A stretch of 61,848 nt of DNA, counting the filler, from Sphacelaria rigidula (taxonomy: Eukaryota): NCBI GenBank assembly GCA_964200075.2. It is 10 parts of 10 records of this genome, joined end to end, with 100 filler letters (N's around TTAATTAATTAA, not from the genome) between each part and the next. Parts side by side here need not be neighbours in the genome. Positions count along the whole stretch, not along the records: positions 37,171 to 43,265 come from CAXNAA020022264.1; positions 43,366 to 49,460 come from CAXNAA020022265.1; 8 more parts are not named here. One strand, written 5' to 3'. A program made the position numbers and the translations under genes. This document shows positions 37,901-48,470 of this stretch, piece after piece. The notes under the pieces were generated by a model. It was not told the DNA's origin. It worked only from the letters and a program-made list of their open reading frames with translations, and ran no database searches. Each line of letters begins with the position of its first letter. Position 1 is the first letter of the stretch.

Positions 37901-40900
37901 AAACTTCAAATCCGCCTCTAGGCTGGCCCAACTCGTACTGTGCTTGAGCGCGTACGCAATTCGATCACCCACCCCAACACGCAGCTCAGTCGGTGGACCC
38001 TGCCACAAAATTCGATGCCCAAGTTTTCGCCAACAAGAAGAAACGACAAAAGTGTGGTGTCGGTTCAGGCACACGTTTCGCTGCGGTAACGATGTGTGTG
38101 GCGGCCACGGCCGCTGCAGTTCTTGTTTTTGTCTTGTTATGTTCGGAATGACGGTAAACGTGGGGTGGCACCCCGAGGGCGTGTGTTTCCATAGTAGTAC
38201 AGCAGCAGCAGCTGGACACTATCAATTTTGCAATAAGAGAAGCTGATGCATCCTGTGTTCAGGTTCTAAAAAACACTGCAGAATTGTGTTGTGTTCAGTG
38301 TAGTACCCTGTACTCCATATGATGGGGTCAGGTTTTCGAAAAGTTCTGCTTGCTTTAGAAAAAGTATTCTGAAAAAAACGAGACAGTTTTCTTGTCACAG
38401 AAATCCAATGCCGAATCTGGAACAGCCTGAGACAACGACCAATTTGAAAATTGGAATGGAAACTTGTGCGCCATATCTCGAGATAGATTATGAGCGCGCC
38501 CCGTCACATTATGACCGCGCACGACTAGACGACAGTGGACAACCTCGGGAGCGAATCCCGACGAGACTTGGTCTTTGTGTTGATCAGGCAGATGGTCGTA
38601 GTTCTACATCCATAATACTCTCTCCATGATAAGTTGTTGCGGGACATTTTGCCCGCTGACAATATCGCAGATCCTAGCATGGGCCAATGACACAACGGCG
38701 CGCGTGCAGCGCTTCCATCAACGGAACTTGGTGCCGTCAAAAAAACAATTTGCTCTCGACGAGCTAGCTAAGTTACAGGTGGCAGGTAGCTAGCTCTCCC
38801 GCATTACTGTTTCAATAGACGAACTTGCAGAGGATGCAACATAAATGTGGAGATGCACAGTAGCTGTGAAGCTTGCTCGAGTCTTGCAGCAAACAATAAC
38901 GTAGTATTCACGGGTGCTTATTCGTTCGAGACAGAATAAAACAGTGTCTCCTGTCAAGGATACCACTGAAGGTGAAGTGAGAGAGTGGCAATGGTAGGGG
39001 AGATTGACATTGTCGAATCCAAGTCACGATCGCTCCCAAGCACAATCTTGGGTCACTGGAGGGGCGCGTGTCAAACCAGATTGTATCTTCGTTTAACTTA
39101 CTCCTGGCGTGCCTACCTTGTGCGCTCTCACCACCGATCTGCTGCAAGTTACGCATCCTAGAGCTACTTCACAAAACCTCATCATAACAATGGCAGCACG
39201 TTATCTACTGGATTATTCCGAGTAGTACGTTGCCTACAACGAACGGTAAATAAAATGGTTACGTTGAACCGTCACAAATCGTATTGCTACATATTATAAG
39301 CCTAGATCAACACAGAAAAATGCACTGTTGTACGACATCGCAACCGGCGCTTCACAAACTATCGTGAGCAGCAAACGGGGATGAATCTAAGAAAGGGTAC
39401 AACCCAGCTCCCGCAACCAGTCTGTGCCACGCACCTCCTTCCATTCAGAATCATGAAAAAATACATTCTCGCAAGTGTGGTACCAAAGCCGCAGCGTTAC
39501 CAAATAACAACTTCTACATCATGTGCATCGATCGGAAAAAACAACACACAATGCAAGGAACACTGCAGCACGAGGGTTATACACACATTTAGGGCACCAG
39601 ACCAAGTCATTCTCGGCACCAAGGAACCGACCGGCACACCTACTCTCGAAAATCGAGCAGCACAAGTAGCACGGCGAACACCCGATACAGTGCGGCGAAC
39701 CCCCGTGGCAAATGTCTTTCAAAGCCCACGTTCAGAAAGCACGTAAGAAGGACACTTTTTACCCCCCCCCACACGCAGTGTGCAGCTCAGCTTCAAGAGG
39801 CTGCAAGCCCGTACGTCTGGAGTACAAGTACAGATTCCTTTAGTCTGGCATATATGAGTGATGGATGGCAACAAACCGGGCCCTTTTTCAGGGTACCACG
39901 ACAGCTTGAGGCTAACACTACGAAGTATACTCCAGTAGACAACTGCAATGTATAACGAGCGGCACATAATCTACCTCAGTGTACAACGAGCCTGTGTACC
40001 ACGTGAACGATTCCGTGTGAAGCACATTCGTAAGGCTCACCCTGAGTATCCTAGGACAGACCATCACCTTCCACACAGGCAAAATCTTCTCCTTGTCCTC
40101 AATACAACGATCAGGTGCTTTGACACAACAAATGAGAATGCTCAGCAAAACAATACACAAAATACTCGTGTTCCGTAGGGATTCACGATCAACACCGCAA
40201 ATTACTCGGGTAGTTACACCCCGAGGTTAACGTCGAGCAGACACAGAGCCCGCCGTTTATATGACCGCAAAAAACACAGCCCCGGGGGCAACTCGAAGAG
40301 TACATCGCAATCTACCGAAATACGCGGCACACTATGCCACACGGGTACACCGGCTGCACGGTCGTACACGCAGCGGAAGGCACTACAGCAACAGCAGAAC
40401 TAGCGATGTAGCTGCGGTGTAAGCTATTACTTCGAGACCCGGGAGCAGCCGACCCGATGATGACGTGTCCTCATTCACCTGTCGAAACAACCCAAGCAAC
40501 CGCGAGATTTCGACTTAGTCCATCAAAATGCCTTTCTCAAGTTGTGATTAAGCCTGCGCATGATGGTGAAATTCCTTCTTGCCAACACAAAACTGTAGGG
40601 CTATTCTCCCGTGGAATGCCGACGCCATGACACATAGCGCCGACACGCCAATTGGTCAACGTCCACTAAGCTTGAAGCAACGAACAAAATTCGCACATCC
40701 AGCACAGACCAGTTCAGTTTATGCCGATCGATCAAACACCCGCTGCTTCGGCGTAGTGTCACAGTTCGACCATTTACTTCGTCAGACATGACCTACAAGC
40801 GAGGTGAAACCACCCATTCAGCGGCGGTTGACGGCTACTCCTGACCGGACGTAACAACTCATCATCTGCGCGTGAAAATTGATCTCCCGCCAGCTTCTAC

Positions 40901-42439
40901 ATAGGTGTGCTGTTTGTCATGAACCCAGTGACGTACGCCCATCATGCCGTGTGCAAAGAAGAGCGAGTGTGCTGCGCATGCTGCTGGCACCCAAAAAGTG
41001 AAGTGGCTATTTGATGGTAACGCAGTCGTGATTAGGAATCGTCGGCACTGACACTACGAAAGAGTGACGGATATAGATGGTGATTGATACGGACGATATA
41101 CCGCGAAAAAGTACCCACCTCTGCCTCAGCACAGGTGTCCACAATCCCGAAGGTTCGGTTCAACGTCGAGTCTTCATCCAGAGCGACAACGTTGTCGAGA
41201 GAACCATTGCAAGAGCCGAACCCGCACATTCCAAAGGGAATCGGTTGTGCAGGGTAGTAGTACACGAAGTCGATGCACCTGACACCCAACACAGCGAAAA
41301 CACCGGAAAATGTTGCGCGGCCTGGCGAGGGTTATACCGAGAACGCTCGAGTGTAGCGCACACAGCGTCATGACCTAGCAAATCAAGTGACGCACAACAA
41401 GTCATTGAAACCGTCTTTTATCGACACCAAATAGATTGGTTTTCCAAACAGGGCAGTTTCTTCAACTCCCACAGACAGCACTGCACAAACTCCTCGACTC
41501 GACGAACACACTCACATCTCGTCTTCAGAGCCAAGCCCGAAAGATACAGTCTCCCCAGGAATCTCAGCATAGTCCGTGTCGTAGTAGCAGTGTGTCTCGA
41601 ACCTGTCTCCTTTCTAGTGAAGCACACAAAACGTACCGTGATATGTGGACAAGTGGAGAAACCAGAGGAGTTTGAGAGTACTGCACAAAAACAACTAAAA
41701 CTCGCCGCGACAACATCGGCACGAAACACAGCGGGAAACCCCGATCGTCGAACAAGCGCACAGCTGCACAGGTTATGGACAGGTGCATCAGCGACGACAT
41801 CGCTCAGCGTTGAGTCACGGGAAGTCATTCATCTACTGTACCATGACATTGACGGAACAACGGCAGCGATCCATGTCAAGCCAAGCTGGAGAACCTACAC
41901 GGTACAGTCGAGTGCCAGAGTTGGAAGTATTGCACCGAGCACACACACGTGGGTGTGATTGGTTGATTGGTTGATTGATTAACTATGGCACTTCAACTGA
42001 CCCCGCAGGGATCCAGCAGTGGTCACATGATAGACGTACCCAAGACAACACAAAACCGAAGCACTCGCTGAAGAAAAAGAAGGAACAGAAAAAGTCGAAC
42101 AGAACGACACAGTTAGGGGTGCGAATCGCTCACAAAATATGTAGGAAGTTTTCCCCCAAAAGTGTACTGGCTCTTCCTGATGGACAAATCAAGCTAGCCA
42201 GTCAGAAGCAAAGGACCCGTCTGGTCGCTTCCAAGAGGACCCTGGAAGGCCTTCTGCGTAGATCACACACTCTGCCGCAGGTACGTTGCTCACGGGCGTA
42301 CTGATGAATCATTTTGCCAGTAAAGATTTTTCCGATGCAGATACCGACTTTGGGAGTGACTACAAAGACAAATTAAAACAGAGAGTACAACAGCAGCAGT
42401 TCAAGGCAGTACGAAAGCTGTGTGGTACAGACAGTAGAG

Positions 42440-43172
42440 TGCAATGTTGTCTCATTTTCCCCCCCAGTGATTTCCTTCCCTTCTTCGATGGGCACCATGA
42501 ATGATCAGATTACACAAAATCTTTGAAAAGCGTTGAACATGTGAGCCTCTCCGGCGGGTCACCTGGGTCTTGCGTTCATCTTTCAACTCAAAATTATGCC
42601 ATTGCACAACAGATTACTCTCCCTGAAGGTGACTGTTTATGAATGGATAAAGCCGAAGAAGGCCCAGTACCGCGCAGGAGAGGGTTGTCTTCTCTCCCGC
42701 CCCCCCCTGCGTTCCTTCCCATTGCTCCCATCATCTGTGGCCATTACCATGGACCAGGCTACAAAAAACCTTTCGAGAGCGTAAACTCGTCCTGCCCCTA
42801 GCTCTGGAATTGAACCCTTGGACCTCCACGGTGGGTAATCTGTATCTTACACTCATCTTTCAAGTCAAAATTATGCCAATGCACAACATATGACTCGCCC
42901 TGAAGGTGGTTATATAGAGATGGGCAAAGCCGAACAAGGCACAACAGTACCGTACAGAAATGTAGTCCAGTCCAGTTCAGCATAGTGTTGTCTTCTCTCC
43001 CTCCGTGCGTTCCTTCCCACTGCTCTAAATAACTACGGGTATCACCATGGACCAGATTGCAAGAAATCTTTGAAGACTGCGAACTCGTCCTGCACCCAGC
43101 TATGTACGTGAACCGTTCGGTCTTCACGGTGGGCAATCTGGGTCCCGTTCACATCTCGAGTCAAATCATGCC
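42440..43172. repeat. Diverged ~280-300-bp tandem repeat (2 full and 2 partial units)
   Basis: TCAAAATTATGCCA.TGCACAACA, CCCTGAAGGTG, TGCGTTCCTTCCCA, ACCATGGACCAG and AACTCGTCCTGC recur in the same order. Confidence 0.8.
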
Positions 43173-43365
43173 AAGTCAGTATATGTAAACACCACAGGCA
43201 CCGTAGGTAAGGTACCGTACCGAGCGTACCCCCGGTATTTACCGGGGTATCCCATACCGTGGTATNNNNNNNNNNNNNNNNNNNNNNNNNNNNNNNNNNN
43301 NNNNNNNNNTTAATTAATTAANNNNNNNNNNNNNNNNNNNNNNNNNNNNNNNNNNNNNNNNNNNN

Positions 43366-43487
43366 CGGTTGACCATTGACCACGCATCCCTTTCGAGACG
43401 GAGCGAAGGGGGGAGGGGGGCGTACTCATTTGTTGCTTGCCTTAGTCATTTGACCATTGACCACGCATCCCTTTCGAGACGGAGCAC
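43366..43487 (-). mobile_element. Two head-to-tail LINE 3'-end copies joined by a G-run
   Basis: GACCATTGACCACGCATCCCTTTCGAGACGGAGC twice, separated by GAAGGGGGGAGGGGGGCGTACTC. Confidence 0.88.
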
Positions 43488-44463
43488 AAAACCCATGGGT
43501 TATGGGCCCCCAAGATAAGAAACTAACCTTTGGGATAGTTGATACTGTGTGGTATATGCTCTCAATGTAGACAAACAATCATACATTGGGATTCCGAACA
43601 AGTTGCGCATGTGAATTGAGGTATATATGCTGAGGGGTTGATAATCCTGATTATTTCTGGAGAATGACCGACGGCGGTAAAATATCTGCCTGAAAAGAAG
43701 GGGTGCTTGCGAAAACGAAAACTGAGGCAGAGTTGATCAAAACTCACGGTGAAGGAAACATAACCTGGCTGGTCGGGGATACGTAGCATGCTACCACGGC
43801 TGACACGAGTACAAAAGACTGTCGTGTGTGCGTGTTTCCACTGCCTTGTGTCGGGGGGGAAGGGAAGTGTGGTGATGGGTTTGTGGTTATGGCTGACGCG
43901 ACCAGCCAAAAAGCAACCACAAAATGCAGAATGGGCATTTTGTGTCCAAAATGTTCCTGGCGTGAGAACGCAACCCCCGTACCTCCCGGCTCAGTCGTCG
44001 TTGAATCATACATTTCGAACAATCACACACTCATCAGTTATCGAGGACAAGGGCGTGGCCTGAATGTTAAACGCTTCGAAGCCTCTCTGTCCAGGGGCTT
44101 GTCGGGGAACGAGGAAATAATTGAACAGCGAATACACCTGCTGTACGGTATAGCTATACAGTAGTCCACATTCTTCTTATCCGAGCGGTTTTGGAACCGT
44201 CAAGAGCCAGTTCGACGTGATGAGGACCGTTTCAAGACTCTCAGAACCGGCTGATGACACAGTAAGAAACGGTGCGACGTAGTGAGAATCGGTTCGACGT
44301 TCGTAACAAGAATGGGTTGGAGACTCCGAAAACTTGCTCCAGGCAGATACCGAGAAGAGTTTCGAGTGTGTTGACAGCTACACCCGAAAAACAAATCACG
44401 AGAGCATTTAAACGTCTTCCGTCTGCTTCCCCCCCCCCCCCCCATTTACATCCCGTAGCTCAC

Positions 44464-44562
44464 CGAGTTGAAGGTCAGCTTGAAGTTGAAGTGCCGCTGC
44501 ATCTCGAGCTTCTGATTCTCCGTCATGTTAAAGTCGCGCATGTACTCGGACAAATACTCCAC
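44464..44562 (-). CDS. CNBD-type cation channel, C-linker exon
   Basis: CAG|VEYLSEYMRDFNMTENQKLEMQRHFNFKLTFNS|GTGAGC; 99 nt, in phase with the 48337-48470 exon. Confidence 0.8.
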
Positions 44563-45300
44563 CTGCTTGTTTATAGATGGGTACATACACGGAAAGTAGA
44601 ACCATCAGCGGACGAAACACGGATTCTAGACGGGAATGCGACAGCGACGTGAACGCGTCCGCGTAAGCATGTGTCATTATGCACAACGAATATCTTCCCC
44701 CCTACCCCGCCCGCGCCCCCCTCCCGAGTATTTCGGTGCTAGCGACACTCAAAAGTCGTATCATTAGAAAGATATCGTCCAGATCTGTCCTATGCACAGG
44801 GGTAGTTCAGACCTATACAGGGTATTTCCCCGTCGAGAACGTCGACAGTGATACTGTATATATACACACACATGTACATCTCGCCGCGCCCCGGGTACTC
44901 CATTGGCAGTTGTGGGAGAGGATAAAGTGGTGAGTTCGAATCCCGACAGCTTGGCACGTGATTTACAAGGAACTCGTCGACATATGACGATCCCCAGTTT
45001 TGCGAAGAAGAATATCTTTGGTTGGTCGTGTCTCGTCACGAAAAAATCGGAGCGAAAAAATGAGTCCGGTATGAGCGTGTCGGCGAGTTCTTGCAAAGTT
45101 CTTGCAAAGTTCTTGTTGGTACTGCCTTCCGTCGTGTAAAGCGCGAGGGTGCAAGTGAACAAGAAATATGAAAGTGGAGTGGCTGCAAGAGTGCTGACCA
45201 AATTCTTAGTAACACATTGCAAGGAGGGTGCCGGGAGAGAGATGGCCTCGTCTGTCTTGAGAATCCGGAGTCATCCTGATCAGGGGGGGAAGGGGGGGGG

Positions 45301-47095
45301 CATACTCATTGGTTGCTTGCCTTAGTCGTTTGGCCGTTGACCCTGCATCCCTCTCGAGACGGAGCACCGTTCCTACTTCTAATAGAGGCACCTCCAACAT
45401 TTGCGCGCTCGTTCCGTTTCTTCCACAAAAACCTTGTACATATCTTATCCCCTTCCTATTTTGCCGTGTGTGGCCACCACCTATCTCCTAGTATAGCGAT
45501 CGATTTCTCGCTGCTGTCCAATGCATCAAACGACTTCATGCCACCTTTGTTTACTTCACACATTTCCCCCCTCTGACACGTCCCGTTCCTCCTTGTGTAC
45601 TATAATATACTTCACATTTCTGTCACTATATGAGTTCTGCTCTGTACTGCTTTGCCACAAGGGCAATTCTGTGCATCTACTTCCTCCTCGATACGACTAC
45701 TGGTATATCTCTTTCTCCTTTCCGGCAGGTCCAGGTCCCCTACCCGAAATCGCAGTTTTAGATTTTTCGTCGCGTCCATTGGGCCATACAGGTATGTTTT
45801 CATCCCCATCCCCTCTCTCAACCCCCCGTATATCTTCAGGTGTTTTTCCTCGTCTACTTTGCGTCTGAGCGCTTCTTTCCCCCTTATTTTTGTCATGTTT
45901 CTTAATTTTGTCTTGTACCCCGCACCTTCACCTATCGGCAGTATTTCGTCCTGGTTTCCTCCTATCTCCCTCCATACTTTCTCGACTTCTTTTATCCCAC
46001 CATATATTCCAGCCTGCCCTTTCGTAATTTCTTCCCTACGGCCCTATCAACTATGGCTGGCATTCCCGTCATGTTCATCACGCCATGTTGCCATCTGAAC
46101 TTTCGAAGTCTCTATTTGTTTGGAGTGGATACAGTCCCAACTCTGTTCTCAATGCTGTATTACTCATCGTTTTTGAGCATCCAAGTATTTTTTTAGCTGC
46201 TATCATCTGTTCTATTTCCAGCTTCTTCACCAACTTCGCGTTCCCCTCCCATACTCCTCCTGCATGTTCCAGCTTTGGTACAATCACGTTCATCAGACTA
46301 CATCTCTTTACCCTCGCATCTAGGTTCGAGTCTCTGAGAATCACGTCTATCTTGCTTACCTGTGTCTTACCCTTTTCTATAACTTTGATTATTTAGGCAC
46401 CCCAAGAACAGTTTTTTAAGATCAGTTTTTTAAGATCTCTACGCCAAGGTATGTGTACTGGTCTAGGGTCGGCACTATTCTTCTTCCCACTTCCATTTGA
46501 ACTCTACCGGGTTTTCCTCATCTCCGCTACATTCAAGTACCGCGCATTTGTTTGCGTTCGCTGTCACTCTCCGTTTCCTAGTGTACTCTAGCGCCTTCTC
46601 TATTCGCTGTGCAATCCTTCTGGCGTTTCTGATATCCTCACGACATCATCCGCGAACATCAATCCTGATACCGTACCCTCCCTTACCTTGACACCTTGCT
46701 TTGCTGTTTCCATTGCTATTATCAGGTCATTATTGTAGTAAATACTTGGAATAAAGTGGGCGATAAGGTACATCCTTGTGCAACTCCTTGTAAAATATCA
46801 ACACATTTCGATATTTTCCCGTCTAGCATCATCGCACTTTTCGCCCATTCTGTAATCTTCTACATCATTCCCCACACTGTCCCTCTGATCCCAGTTGCCC
46901 ACAACTTTTTCACAGCCCATTTCTCCACGCTGTGCCATAGGCCTTCTGTACGTCTAGCAATAGACAGCACGTTGTCAGCCCGGCATCTTTCCTATCTTGA
47001 ATAATCTCACCTAATGTGTACACATGATCTACGCAACTACGGTTTGGTCTAAAACCTGCTTTCCCCTGGCCGATTTTTTTCTTCCTTTTTAGCAT
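45301..47095 (-). mobile_element. 5'-truncated, decayed LINE (RT plus C-terminal Cys knuckle) in the channel intron; ends TGAGTATG+(C)n
   Basis: AGFRPNRSCVDH, LDVQKAY, GVAQGCTLSPTLF, MFADD, LRTELGLYPL, CPCG..SRTHIV..; the frame ends ..KASNQ* just before the C-run. Confidence 0.92.
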
Positions 47096-47612
47096 CAGGA
47101 GAAAGGGGAGGGCGGTGTAGTCGTAAGACCACCGACCTCGCGTCTCTACAAAGCCGGAACGTAGTACGGCGAACGTTTCGCCGGACCAGGCTGGCAATCA
47201 CCAACTGCACAGCGCCGTGATGCGTCCGGCGAGTCGCATGAGGGGTGAGTTAGCTGCACCCTACTAAGATGATTCGTCCCGAGGCGTACTAGTTATCTCA
47301 AATGGATAATAGCCTCGAATGAGTTGCTACATTGTCTGGTATTGCCTCTAGCAGAGAAAGCCACTGGCTACGCTGCCCCATGGGTGTCTCACCATGTGCA
47401 CACTACGAAGTACGATCACCCTCTTCGAGCGGAGTTGAGGTTCTCCACCCCGCACATCATGATCTGACTCGACCATCATCATAGTCCACCGCTAAAAACT
47501 GCAAGTGGGGGCCCCGGAAACCTGGTTGCCTAGCTTACGCAATGAGAGGCGTGTATTACAGGGTCCTTGCCCGCCGACGCGAACCCTCAATGATGAGGGG
47601 TAGTAGATGAGG

Positions 47613-47783
47613 CGGGGGGGGGGGGGGTCAATAGTATGTCGAAAAAATGGATAGGCAAAGACAACCCGTATATAATTGGGCGCCTGATCTCGCCCACCCC
47701 CCTGGCTAANNNNNNNNNNGGGCCAGATGAGCAGAGGGGGGGGGTGTATTGGGGTGTGCCCCCCCGCCACGCCAAACCGAAAA

Positions 47784-47822
<39 letters not shown>

Positions 47823-47903
47823 CAATAGTATGTCGAAAAAATGGATAGGCAAGTACAACACGTATATACTTGGCGTACTGATCTCGCTCACTCCCTTGGC
47901 TAA
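47613..47903. repeat. Two ~85-bp direct repeats, each preceded by a long G-run
   Basis: (G)n-TCAATAGTATGTCGAAAAAATGGATAGGCAA...TGGCTAA at ~47627-47709 and 47821-47903; a 10-N gap lies between them. Confidence 0.75.
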
Positions 47904-48336
47904 TGCGCAAGTGATCCCCGTCACAGAAGGAGGTACCCAGATCGGCTTCGATCGGGTAGAGAAGGAGAACGAACATACCGACAAGCACGCCATCAACGAT
48001 TGGCGCGCACTCTAATGTTACTCAAGGCTGCAAGAAAAGAAAAACACAGACAAAATGTTACAAGACTGCAAGAAAAGAAAAACTCAGAGATACTACCGGT
48101 AAAAGCAAGTTGCAGAGCAGGCACGAGCGGAGACATTACCTGATTCCGAAGGAGGACTCGTCGCGAGGGGCTGACGGAGAACGTACAGGTATCATGAACG
48201 GAAAAAAGAAATGCGGGGGTCGAGGGTTGAGATCCCCCTTGGTGTTGTCTACGAAATACAACTAATAGGACCGTTCAGTCACCTTTTGATACCACAATAG
48301 CAGAATATGAAGAAGGCTACGATGTGGAAAGCGTAC

Positions 48337-48470
48337 CTGCTGCTTCTGCAGTCGATGCTGTGGGTCGAGGTTGAGCACAATGCTGACGAGAGCGCCGATC
48401 ACATACGCGAACAGCGTGGTTCCCGCAACCTCGCTGATCAATGCCGTCATCATCTCACTCACGTTGTTGG
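48337..48470 (-). CDS. CNBD-type (KCNH/HCN/CNG-like) cation channel, S6 exon
   Basis: AAG|xNNVSEMMTALISEVAGTTLFAYVIGALVSIVLNLDPQHRLQKQQ|GTACGC, typical of post-pore S6 and the C-linker start. Confidence 0.82.

Noticed and set aside
43498..43509. GGTTATGGGCCC as a Copia PBS
   Set aside because: No LTR upstream and no gag downstream
44225..44297. Hammerhead ribozyme (CTGATGA...GAAAC)
   Set aside because: Stem II cannot pair and stem I does not close next to a cleavage triplet
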